Positions 9,447 through 17,461 of a DNA stretch of 20,584 nucleotides are shown piece by piece. Position 1 is the stretch's first letter, and each line of letters opens with the position of its first letter. Below the pieces are notes generated by a model, which was not told the DNA's origin, did not search any database, and was given only the letters and a program-made list of their open reading frames with translations. The stretch lies in assembly GCA_048940645.1 (NCBI GenBank), contig JBHLOI010000060.1, forward strand, positions 1 through 20,584. The letters are read 5' to 3'. The position numbers and the translations under genes were made by a program. This DNA is from Promethearchaeota archaeon (GTDB lineage Archaea > Asgardarchaeota > Lokiarchaeia > Sigyniarchaeales > SOKP01).

Positions 9447-11177
9447 ATGGGTCTTAGTAAGTTTTGGAAGTTAGATTATAAAAAAGTACTTCCTTCTTAC
9501 TTTTTAATATCTCTAATATCATCAATTTTGGAAATTATATTAACAGGTACTTTTCAATGGAGTTTTTTAATAACTTATATTGGTGTATTCTTCGTTGGCC
9601 ATCATTTAAGAAGAGCAACAAATGAATTCTTCAAACAATTTCATATTAAAAAGGTTGTAAGGAATTTATTAACACCTTGGATAATATTCGGACTTGTTTT
9701 TCTTTATGTACAGATATATTTTATTTATCATTATTTAACTTATCAAGAATATATCGGGTTGGGGACACTAGCAAGTTTTATAGTATTATTAGGGATTATT
9801 AGTCTTACTTTGATATCAATCAACCACATTATCAGAATAGTTGCAGTTGCTTTCCATAGGAGAAAATCAGATTTATTTCCAATAAACAGAGTAGAATATG
9901 CGGCTATGAAATATCTAAGTCAGGAAAAAATTATGAAATTCGGTAAATTAAAAAATCGAATCAAGGGATTGCTCAATATTTTTATACCAGAAGTTTATTT
10001 TAATGATGAAACCGCAGCTTCTTCAATATATCATTTATGTGGTATTCGACTAGCAGATATTAATGAAGAAAATATTGTCTCGTTAAATAAAAAAGGAAAA
10101 GAAAAGGTTAAACTATGGAATGAGACTTTACAAAATCAAATAAAAAGATATAATAAGATTTTAAATAGTAAAGGCGTCTTAATTAGATCTTTTATTGGAT
10201 TATTAATTCTTAGTTTATTAAAAATTTTTATCGGAACTTTTAGTTCAGATTCCCTTCAGGCTGAAGGTATTGAGAATTTCCTTGATTGTATAGCAGTTTT
10301 ATTAATTGGATTAGGAATAAGATACAATAAAGAAAAACTAGTTAACATCGTTTTAGTAATCTTAATGGCTTTTGCTGGTGGGACAATACTTTTTGAATCA
10401 ATTATTTCTTTAATAACAGGTCCAGAATCTATTAAAACACCTCAAATTGTTATAATTATTGCTGTGATCTCTATATTTTTAAACACCTATTTACGTACAT
10501 TGAAAAATTTCGTGGGAAAGAAGAATAGAAATTCATCATTAGTCGCAAGCGCAATAGATTCAAGAATAAATATATTAATCTCCATTGGTATAATTTTAGG
10601 AGCTCTTCTTTCTGAATATGGGAAAACACAAGGAATTGTATTTCTTTTTTATTTTGATCCAATTATAGCAATAGTAGTAAGTTTATTCATTTTTAAAGAA
10701 ATTTTCGAGATTATCATTGAATTTATAACAGGAAAAGAAGCGGAAATTGAATTTGAGAAGTTCCAAATGCCTTATGAAGAAAACTTTAAGGAATACATTA
10801 TTAAATGGATTTTATCAGTTTTTATTGACAATGAAGATAAAGAATTCACTATAAATGAGCTTAACGAGGAATTTCAGCTTTCCTTAAGGAAAAGTGAAGA
10901 AATTTATACAAGTTTCTCGTATATTGGTCTTTATATATTTAAAGAAAAGGGTATTAATTCTGTAATTAAAAACCTAATAAACAATGATTTATTGTTCGAG
11001 GAAAAAAAGAATATGGTAAAAATAACTGAAAAAGGTAAATATTTGTATGAAAATTTCTATTCGAAACCATTAATGGAGGATATAAAAGATCCATTTGATT
11101 TTTTCTTTGAACAAAATTATGATTTTGATAGTTTGAGACATAGAAAGCAAGAAATTTTACAAAAATATAAAAAATAG
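9447..11177 (+). CDS. Membrane protein with a cation diffusion facilitator (cation efflux) transmembrane core, an extra N-terminal TM bundle and winged-helix-like segments
   Basis: CDF-like segments SDSLQAEGIENFLD, ILFESIISL, SSLVASAIDSRINILIS and FDPIIAIVVSLFIF. About 4 extra N-terminal hydrophobic helices. wHTH-wing-like SLNKKGKE and KITEKGKY. Confidence 0.7.
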   Translation: MGLSKFWKLDYKKVLPSYFLISLISSILEIILTGTFQWSFLITYIGVFFVGHHLRRATNEFFKQFHIKKVVRNLLTPWIIFGLVFLYVQIYFIYHYLTYQEYIGLGTLASFIVLLGIISLTLISINHIIRIVAVAFHRRKSDLFPINRVEYAAMKYLSQEKIMKFGKLKNRIKGLLNIFIPEVYFNDETAASSIYHLCGIRLADINEENIVSLNKKGKEKVKLWNETLQNQIKRYNKILNSKGVLIRSFIGLLILSLLKIFIGTFSSDSLQAEGIENFLDCIAVLLIGLGIRYNKEKLVNIVLVILMAFAGGTILFESIISLITGPESIKTPQIVIIIAVISIFLNTYLRTLKNFVGKKNRNSSLVASAIDSRINILISIGIILGALLSEYGKTQGIVFLFYFDPIIAIVVSLFIFKEIFEIIIEFITGKEAEIEFEKFQMPYEENFKEYIIKWILSVFIDNEDKEFTINELNEEFQLSLRKSEEIYTSFSYIGLYIFKEKGINSVIKNLINNDLLFEEKKNMVKITEKGKYLYENFYSKPLMEDIKDPFDFFFEQNYDFDSLRHRKQEILQKYKK

Positions 11178-11218
11178 TGAAATAAGATATTATTATCTCT
11201 CTTTAAAGGTAGAAATAA

Positions 11219-11467
11219 GTGACAGGATTTAAACTTCCATTATTTATGATATTTGGTAGAAGACCCGTGAAATTTATATCTACACCTGAAGGGGGTATGG
11301 ATATTTTAGCTTTTGATTGGGAATCAGGTGAATTTGAAAGAGATTTAAGCTATTTAAGCAAATTATTTAAATATTCACCTGAATGTGACGAAGTCACCGA
11401 AGAAGAATTTGATATGTATGTTAAAAAATTAATTAGTCAAATAAGTAAAAGAGAAAAAGCTAGATAA
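11219..11467 (+). CDS. Small acidic hypothetical protein (82 aa)
   Basis: Fills the gap between the CDF gene and the convergent IPK-IDI stop without overlap. Protein-like composition (RPVK...PEGGMDILAFDWESGEFERD...EVTEEEF). GTG start is uncertain. Confidence 0.7.
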   Translation: MTGFKLPLFMIFGRRPVKFISTPEGGMDILAFDWESGEFERDLSYLSKLFKYSPECDEVTEEEFDMYVKKLISQISKREKAR

Positions 11468-11479
11468 ATAAAAATCCTC

Positions 11480-13372
11480 TTATTGGTTGGCCCATTTATA
11501 CATATCTCCTAAAAGGATACTTTTTTCTCTTTTGCTTTTAAGATTTTCAATTTTATCTATATTTATTAACCACATTACTGACCGTAATTCATGTTTTAAC
11601 GTTCGGATTTCATTTATTGTATTAGTTATTGTTTTTTGTTTATAATCTTTCCAGGCAGATTGAAGGAATTTGTAGGCAAAACCTCCTATATCAGCCCCTA
11701 AAACGATACTTTTAGCAATATCAAGTCCCGTTCTTAGCCCTCCTGTTGCTACTATAGGTTTTTTTGAAGTACTTCTGACATTTAATATACTAATTGGAGT
11801 TGGTATCCCCCAATTTTTTAATGTATCAGCAAGTTTTCTTGTATAATTTTCAGTATTATCATTATTTCTAATAGATTCTATACTGGTAAAATTGGTTCCT
11901 CCCATACCTCCTATGTCAAATCCATCAAAACCCATTAGATCAAGTTGTAGGGCTAGATCACGGTTAAATCCTGCTCCAACTTCTTTAGCAATTATGGGAA
12001 TCTTAAACCTTTCCCTTACTTTTTTAAAATTATCATAAAAAGCTGTATAATAAATATTTCCCTCTTTTTGTACTAATTCATGGAGAGCATTGAAATGAAT
12101 TGCCATAATATCAGCATTTATCATTTCAATACATTTTTGAAATTCTTCTAATTGGAAATCATCAGAGCTTATTTGTCCTATTCCAAGGTTTCCAATAATA
12201 GGAATATTTGGAGCGCATTCTCGAACTATTTGAAAAGAATCAACAGCGGATTGATCCTCTAACGCTATACGTTGGCTTCCAACACTCATTATTATTTTTT
12301 CTGATTCAGCAGCTTGTGCTAATATTTTATTAATCTTTTTTGATATTGGATGACCCCCAGTTATAGCAGCAATACAAATAGGAGCAGATACACTTTTTTT
12401 GAAAAATTGAGTTTCTAATTCAACATCATGCAATTCTAGTTCAGGTAATGGATGGTGTATTAGTATAATTTCATCAAAATAATTTTTAGTGGATTGTACA
12501 TTATAATCTAATGGGATTGTTAAATGTTCTAATTTTCTGGTATGAATTGCTTGAGAATCAACTTTTTCCTTAGATAAGCTAATATTTGTGCAAACTAACT
12601 TTTGATTTTTTAATGATTTTAAGACACGATTTTTTTTTAAACCATTTATAATTTGGACAGGAATATTTAATTTAGCAATTTGTTTTACAATTTCAAATTT
12701 TCTACCAATTCCTCCTGTCACATCTATTTTATGTTCTAATTCAGCTAATTCTATACTTTTTAACTCATCAAAATTAATCTCTGAAGCAAATTCAATGTTA
12801 CCTCCATCTTTTACATAAATCCCATCTTTTTCAATAGCAAAAATAACCTTTTCAACTTCAAAATACTTCAATGTCTTACACAATTCTAAAATTATGTCAT
12901 CACCAGAGATTATTGAAAAGGAACCGTCTTTCTCTAAGACAATATCTCCATAGAGAATTGGTAAAACCCCTAACCTCAATGATATCTCAATTGGATCGGT
13001 GGAATTAAGTACAAATTGTTGAGATCGTTTAGTAAATATAGTTGAAGGTGAAATAGATAAAACTGGGCAATTCTTCTTTAAAAATTTATTTATTATTATT
13101 GTATTTAGTTGATTCATCGCTTCATGAGTTTTAGAAAGCCCTAATACTTGATTTTTAATAGAGGTATTTAATCCTTCAGATAACTGATAATTTTTGGCAA
13201 TTGGGTGGCCAAATGAACCCCCACCATGAATTAAAACAATTTTTTTATTACTTTCTATAATCTGTTCAATGGTACTGTTTATAACATCTTCCCTTAATGA
13301 AAGAGGTTTATTTTTGTCAGTTAGTAAGCTACCGCCTAATTTTAATAAGTAAATTGTATTATCTCTCTTCAC
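11480..13372 (-). CDS. ipk-fni: Fusion of isopentenyl phosphate kinase (N-terminal, about 265 aa) and type 2 FMN-dependent isopentenyl-diphosphate isomerase (C-terminal)
   Basis: IPK: LKLGGSLLTDK, HGGGSFGH, PILYGD, ISGD, DVTGG. IDI-2: RKLEH, AAITGG, GSQR, GNLG, HFNALHELVQKEG, IAKEVGAG, GGTNF, WGIPT, ATGGLRTGLDIAKSIVLGA. One continuous 630-aa ORF with GTG start. Confidence 0.93.
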   Translation of the reverse strand: MKRDNTIYLLKLGGSLLTDKNKPLSLREDVINSTIEQIIESNKKIVLIHGGGSFGHPIAKNYQLSEGLNTSIKNQVLGLSKTHEAMNQLNTIIINKFLKKNCPVLSISPSTIFTKRSQQFVLNSTDPIEISLRLGVLPILYGDIVLEKDGSFSIISGDDIILELCKTLKYFEVEKVIFAIEKDGIYVKDGGNIEFASEINFDELKSIELAELEHKIDVTGGIGRKFEIVKQIAKLNIPVQIINGLKKNRVLKSLKNQKLVCTNISLSKEKVDSQAIHTRKLEHLTIPLDYNVQSTKNYFDEIILIHHPLPELELHDVELETQFFKKSVSAPICIAAITGGHPISKKINKILAQAAESEKIIMSVGSQRIALEDQSAVDSFQIVRECAPNIPIIGNLGIGQISSDDFQLEEFQKCIEMINADIMAIHFNALHELVQKEGNIYYTAFYDNFKKVRERFKIPIIAKEVGAGFNRDLALQLDLMGFDGFDIGGMGGTNFTSIESIRNNDNTENYTRKLADTLKNWGIPTPISILNVRSTSKKPIVATGGLRTGLDIAKSIVLGADIGGFAYKFLQSAWKDYKQKTITNTINEIRTLKHELRSVMWLINIDKIENLKSKREKSILLGDMYKWANQ

Positions 13373-13424
13373 TTTTAGTACCCATCAAAAAATTAAACAT
13401 AGTAATACATTAAAACATAATAAT

Positions 13425-14391
13425 TTAACCAATAGTTGTTTTCCACGTTGAAAAACCCTCTTTCTCAATAGCAGCAGAAACTTTATTTTGATTATCTTCA
13501 TCTGAAGTTAAAGCTATTACTAACCCCCCTCGACCAGTCCCAGTCATTTTTGCGCCTAATGCTCCATTATTTAACGCAATATCAACTATTTTATCATTAA
13601 TCTCAGATGAAACTGATAATAGTTGTAGTAATTTATGATTTTGATTCATTAATTTTCCAATAGAACTCCTATCACCTTTAATTAATGCATTTTTTGCATT
13701 TTTTGCGATTTTTTCATATTTATTGAATATTTCATTAAACTTTTCTGGATTTTCTTCTCTCAATTTACGAACATCTGCAACTACTTCAGCAGTAGAAGCA
13801 GTTATGCCAGTATTTGATATAATTAAATGCATTTTTTCTGCAGATTTAAGACGATCAATGCTGTTTTTTCCTCCACTTAAATTTTTCACAAACCAAATTA
13901 ATCCTCCATAGGTGGATGCGGTGTTATCAATGCCAGATGGAGTGCCATGGTATGCCGTTTCACCTGCATAAGCAGCTTCATTTATTTTTTCATCATCTAA
14001 ATTAAGATTGAATTCTTCACTGAGTGCACGAGCAAGAGAAGTACATTGAGCTGCAGAAGCTCCTACTCCACTAGCTGCTACTAAATCTCCTGTAAATGTA
14101 ATTTTAAGTTTATTATTAATAGTATCAATATTTAAGTATTTAATAACATTAATAATTGCTTGTTGTGCCTCATTAAACTTTTTTTCCTTATAACCTGGAG
14201 TTGCTATTCGTTGGTCATCTACTGTCCATCCTTCGCCATTGACTGTTTTAACAGTAGCGATTGTCTTAGAACTGATAGCAGATGCGATTGCTGGAAGACC
14301 ATAAACTACAAAATGCTAGCGTTTATTCCCGAATTGGGAGGATAAATTCGCCAAAAAGAATGGTCTTTCCATATCCTTTTCCAGTTCCCAA
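13425..14391 (-). CDS. mvk: Mevalonate kinase, split gene: exon 1 14391-14347 (15 codons) + exon 2 14315-13425; 311 aa after removal of the 31-nt insert
   Basis: Manual translation: TTG 14391 gives MGTGKGYGKTILFGE. From 14315 the frame reads HFVVYGLPAIASAI...GDLVAASGVGASAA...AYHGTPSGIDNTASTYGG without stops and runs into the tracked ORF 13889-13425 (GAKMTGTGRGG). All GHMP/MVK motifs are intact. Confidence 0.93.
14316..14346 (-). other. Putative archaeal bulge-helix-bulge (tRNA-splicing-endonuclease type) mRNA intron, 31 nt
   Basis: Minus-strand insert TTTATCCTCCCAATTCGGGAATAAACGCTAG sits between codons GAA and CAT. Central 4-bp helix GGCG (14352-14349)/CGCU (14321-14318), with both junctions 2 nt 3' of the helix (AA^U and AG^C). 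Internal hairpin UUUAU..UCCC/GGGA-AUAAA. Flanking exon helix AAGACCAU/AUGGUCUU. Confidence 0.8.
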
Positions 14392-14396
14392 AAATT

Positions 14397-14404
14397 TCAC
14401 CTTC
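14397..14404 (-). promoter_or_regulatory. Shine-Dalgarno motif GAAGGTGA upstream of the mvk TTG start
   Basis: Minus strand reads GAAGGTGA AATTT TTG GGA ACT, a 5-nt spacer to TTG 14391. Confidence 0.75.
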
Positions 14405-14469
14405 TTTACATAGTTTGGATATTTATCTTGAATAATTATTATAACAAAATATAAATTTTTTTTCTCAAA

Positions 14470-14862
14470 TCAATCTAAAATTTCAACAGTCCCTTCAGAA
14501 CCATTGACAACAACTTCCTGTTCATTTTTTATTAAGTTAATATCAATCATATCCACGCATGGAATTTCACTTATTATACATCCTACTGCTATGATTGTAT
14601 CGATCTTTTCGTTAATTATAGCTAAAGGAGCAGAATTATTCTTCTTCATTCGATACATAGTATAAGAGCCCACAGTAGAACCTTTTCCGGTTGGAAATAC
14701 TAGGATTTTACCAGAAACAGATTGACCTTCTAACTCATGTCCAGCTTCCACAACTATTCCAGTATCGGGATCTATGCCTCCATAAAACGAAATTCCGTCT
14801 TTGGTGACTATTGTTTTTCCTGTAGTTGTCCCCTTGTATATTTTTCTTCCTTTTAACTTCAT
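14470..14862 (-). CDS. Phosphomevalonate dehydratase small subunit (aconitase X swivel domain, DUF126)
   Basis: ISFYGGIDPDTG, GKILVFPTGKGSTVGS, APLAII, IPCVD. ATGA overlap with the large-subunit stop (14859-14862). Confidence 0.9.
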   Translation of the reverse strand: MKLKGRKIYKGTTTGKTIVTKDGISFYGGIDPDTGIVVEAGHELEGQSVSGKILVFPTGKGSTVGSYTMYRMKKNNSAPLAIINEKIDTIIAVGCIISEIPCVDMIDINLIKNEQEVVVNGSEGTVEILD

Positions 14863-16058
14863 CTTATAGCCTCCTCAACACATTCTTCAATTTTTCCAAT
14901 TTTTACTTTAAATTTATTCTTTGCTCGACCGTAATAACATGCTTTTGCGGAATCAACCATTATACCCTTGAAACGTCCTTTAATTGGAGCTACGACACAG
15001 CAAGTATCTGCTGCAAATTTTGCTCCTGCATCTTCAATTATTTTAGAATAACCGGCTTCATCTGCAATTCTTTTGGTTGGACGAGCAGTAGTTATCCAAA
15101 ATTCTTTGTTTACTTTCTTTCCCTTCAATAATTTTGCGATTGTAGCAATTTCATGGATCGAGGCGTGAGGACAACCAATACTTACAAAATCTATTTCAAG
15201 TTGATCATCTATGAGCTCAACACGCGCTTTATCCAAATCACGTTGATTAATCTCAAAAATTATATCGCTTGGTTTAGGGTATTTATCGAATTCCGGAGTT
15301 ACTCTTTCCATGTGGAATAGTGCAGTACCGCCATATGTAGCGACGGAAGCACAAAATGACTTGAGTTCTTCAATCGAAGCAGAAGGAATCCCTGTTATAT
15401 AAGGTATTTTTTTGCCTAATTCAACTAATTTATCCCCTATTATTTTTCCTAAAACCCCAAATTCATCAGTACCTTTTACTGGAGCATTAACTTTAATTAA
15501 AACTTCTCCTTGACGATTTTTATCCAAATGATACCCATACCTAGGTGTAAGTCCAGTCAAAGCTGATGCTAGAGCACTTGGACCTCCTTCACGATTAGTT
15601 CGAGCACCAATGACGGAATTAGCATAACATACTGCACTACTTTCAGCCCATGCAATATGTTGACTATAATGAGGTGTATTTCCAATTAAATAAGGCGTAC
15701 AAGAACAGGTTGTAATTATCCCCATTTTAGCAAAAGCATCGAGAGCTCGATTTTGATTCTTAGCAAATTCCTCATCAATACCCAATTCCTGCCAATTCTC
15801 TCGATCCATTCCTGCTGGATTTAATGTAGTTAAGACTCTAATCTTTCCATCTTCTGCCATTTCGCTTAAGAACTCCAATCCCGCTTCTCCAAGATTGGCA
15901 TATGATACACCTGCGATCTGAACCCCAACAACATCAATCATATCTTCAGCTTCAAATATATCACCAAGTGTGGTTAAGATTTCCATTGATTTTTTGGTGG
16001 CTTTTCCATATTTGCCTTCCAACATATCTTGCTCTTCAGGAGTTAATTTCATTTTCAT
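14859..16058 (-). CDS. Phosphomevalonate dehydratase large subunit (aconitase X catalytic domain, DUF521)
   Basis: LTPEEQDMLEG, AGVSY, TTLNP, CSCTPY, WAESSA, GARTNREGGP, IGCPH, DTCCVV, DSAKA. SD GGAGG upstream; the start may be the second ATG at 16052. Mevalonate gene context. Confidence 0.92.
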   Translation of the reverse strand: MKMKLTPEEQDMLEGKYGKATKKSMEILTTLGDIFEAEDMIDVVGVQIAGVSYANLGEAGLEFLSEMAEDGKIRVLTTLNPAGMDRENWQELGIDEEFAKNQNRALDAFAKMGIITTCSCTPYLIGNTPHYSQHIAWAESSAVCYANSVIGARTNREGGPSALASALTGLTPRYGYHLDKNRQGEVLIKVNAPVKGTDEFGVLGKIIGDKLVELGKKIPYITGIPSASIEELKSFCASVATYGGTALFHMERVTPEFDKYPKPSDIIFEINQRDLDKARVELIDDQLEIDFVSIGCPHASIHEIATIAKLLKGKKVNKEFWITTARPTKRIADEAGYSKIIEDAGAKFAADTCCVVAPIKGRFKGIMVDSAKACYYGRAKNKFKVKIGKIEECVEEAIR

Positions 16059-16070
16059 TGCCTCCGATAA

Positions 16071-17372
16071 TTAAAGATATTTATTCATGTCGACTTTAGG
16101 AAATTCGGCTAAGTCAAAACTCTTGCCCTTAGTAACAAGTGGTTTTGTGAAATCAAAACCTATTTTCGTAGTCATTTTTGTACCTGGCTCAGCACTCGGA
16201 TCTAAACTGCTACCTGGTTCTTTATCTTTAATTACCATCCTTTTATCTCCTTGAAAACGAGTTGCCATTGCCCATTCAACAGATAATGGATCATAGATAT
16301 CAATATCTTTATCGACAACAAATACATGTTTACAACTACTATGACCAGCAAAAGTGCCATAAATAGCTTTTTTACCATCATCTTCTGAGGATTTGTCAAT
16401 TTTTACAATAGCATGAAGCCATGAGCATCCTCCCGGATTAATGTTTACATCTAAACATTTTACGCCAGAATCATTTACCTTATTAAAGATGGTTGGCTCA
16501 CGGGGCATTCCCATCAAAATCTTATGCTCTAGGGCACCTGGTAATAATGCTTGCCAAATTGCATCTTTTCTATGTGTGATTTTCTTAACTTCAAAAACAG
16601 GTTCTTCTCTCACCACATCATAGGTTTCGGTTAAATCAACAAAAGGTCCCTCAGGATGTCTTTCTTCCGTAAATACCCGCCCCTCTAAAACAAACTCAAC
16701 TTCTGCAGGAATTAATAGATCAACAGAATTTGCCTTAACAAGGTTAATTGGTTCTAATGCATTAGCAATTGTCAATTCATCTATCCCAATATCTACAGAA
16801 GTAGCTCCAGCAACAAGAATGTTTGGAGTATTCCCTATACAAAAAGCTACGTCTAATTCACCATTCTTTTCTAAAAATTTGTAAAAGTGTCGTCCTTTTA
16901 CTATTCTTGTCGCTAATTTATCTTTTGAAATCTGCATAGCTCTATGAAAATCTAAATTTTGTCCATAATCAGGATCTTTTGCGACAACAACAGCTGAGCT
17001 TATGTAATTCCCACCATCCTTTTCACAATGGAATAATATTGGAAGTTTATCTAAATCTACATTTGATTCAATTACCTCTTGGCAGGGGGCGTTTGATATA
17101 ACCTCAGGATCTTTTCTTTCTATAATCGCTTTAGAAAGCATAGGAATAAGACTTGCCGGAGTTACCCCGAAATATGAAGCAATTACACTTTTGCTACAAA
17201 ACATATTGCCAACTACTCGGAATTCAGATTCATTGACATTGTTGAATAATACGGGAGTTGGCTCCATCTCTTTTAAAATACCTGAAATTTCCAATTTCTT
17301 TGAAACCTCAACATCCACCTTTTTAAGAAGTCCGCTTTCATCAATTCTGTTTAAATATTCTCTAAATCCCAA
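16071..17372 (-). CDS. ubiD: UbiD-family prFMN-dependent decarboxylase, probably trans-anhydromevalonate 5-phosphate decarboxylase
   Basis: DLDKLPIL, DGGNYI, FHR, IPAEVEFVLEG, EGPFVD, EH..LMG.P, VVDKDIDI, EWAMATRFQ, GSSLDPS. Adjacent to the AcnX subunits and mvk. TTG start. Confidence 0.9.
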   Translation of the reverse strand: MGFREYLNRIDESGLLKKVDVEVSKKLEISGILKEMEPTPVLFNNVNESEFRVVGNMFCSKSVIASYFGVTPASLIPMLSKAIIERKDPEVISNAPCQEVIESNVDLDKLPILFHCEKDGGNYISSAVVVAKDPDYGQNLDFHRAMQISKDKLATRIVKGRHFYKFLEKNGELDVAFCIGNTPNILVAGATSVDIGIDELTIANALEPINLVKANSVDLLIPAEVEFVLEGRVFTEERHPEGPFVDLTETYDVVREEPVFEVKKITHRKDAIWQALLPGALEHKILMGMPREPTIFNKVNDSGVKCLDVNINPGGCSWLHAIVKIDKSSEDDGKKAIYGTFAGHSSCKHVFVVDKDIDIYDPLSVEWAMATRFQGDKRMVIKDKEPGSSLDPSAEPGTKMTTKIGFDFTKPLVTKGKSFDLAEFPKVDMNKYL

Positions 17373-17461
17373 ATTTATCTACTCAAATCATTTTTTATAA
17401 TAATGATATTACAAATAATAAAGTTTTAACTAGAGAAGTTTATGTACCACTTTTTATAAAA

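Noticed and set aside
13425-13889. 154-aa ORF as the complete gene, or mvk as a pseudogene
   Set aside because: The frame continues stop-free to 14315 with intact motifs, a strong SD/TTG and exon 1 exist, and the only lesion is a structured insert with BHB cut geometry. A pseudogene is not formally excluded but is less parsimonious.
14160-14345. 61-aa plus-strand ORF over the intron region
   Set aside because: It is antisense to well-conserved mvk coding sequence and has no recognisable motifs.
14316-14346. Spliceosomal intron (insert ends in CTAG)
   Set aside because: The 5' end is UU, not GU/GC; the junction cannot slide; the context is prokaryotic operons.
14316-14346. Translational bypass, programmed frameshift or MITE footprint
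   Set aside because: No matching take-off/landing codon (GAA versus TAG before CAT). A simple frameshift into the exon-2 frame would meet TAG. No target-site duplication.
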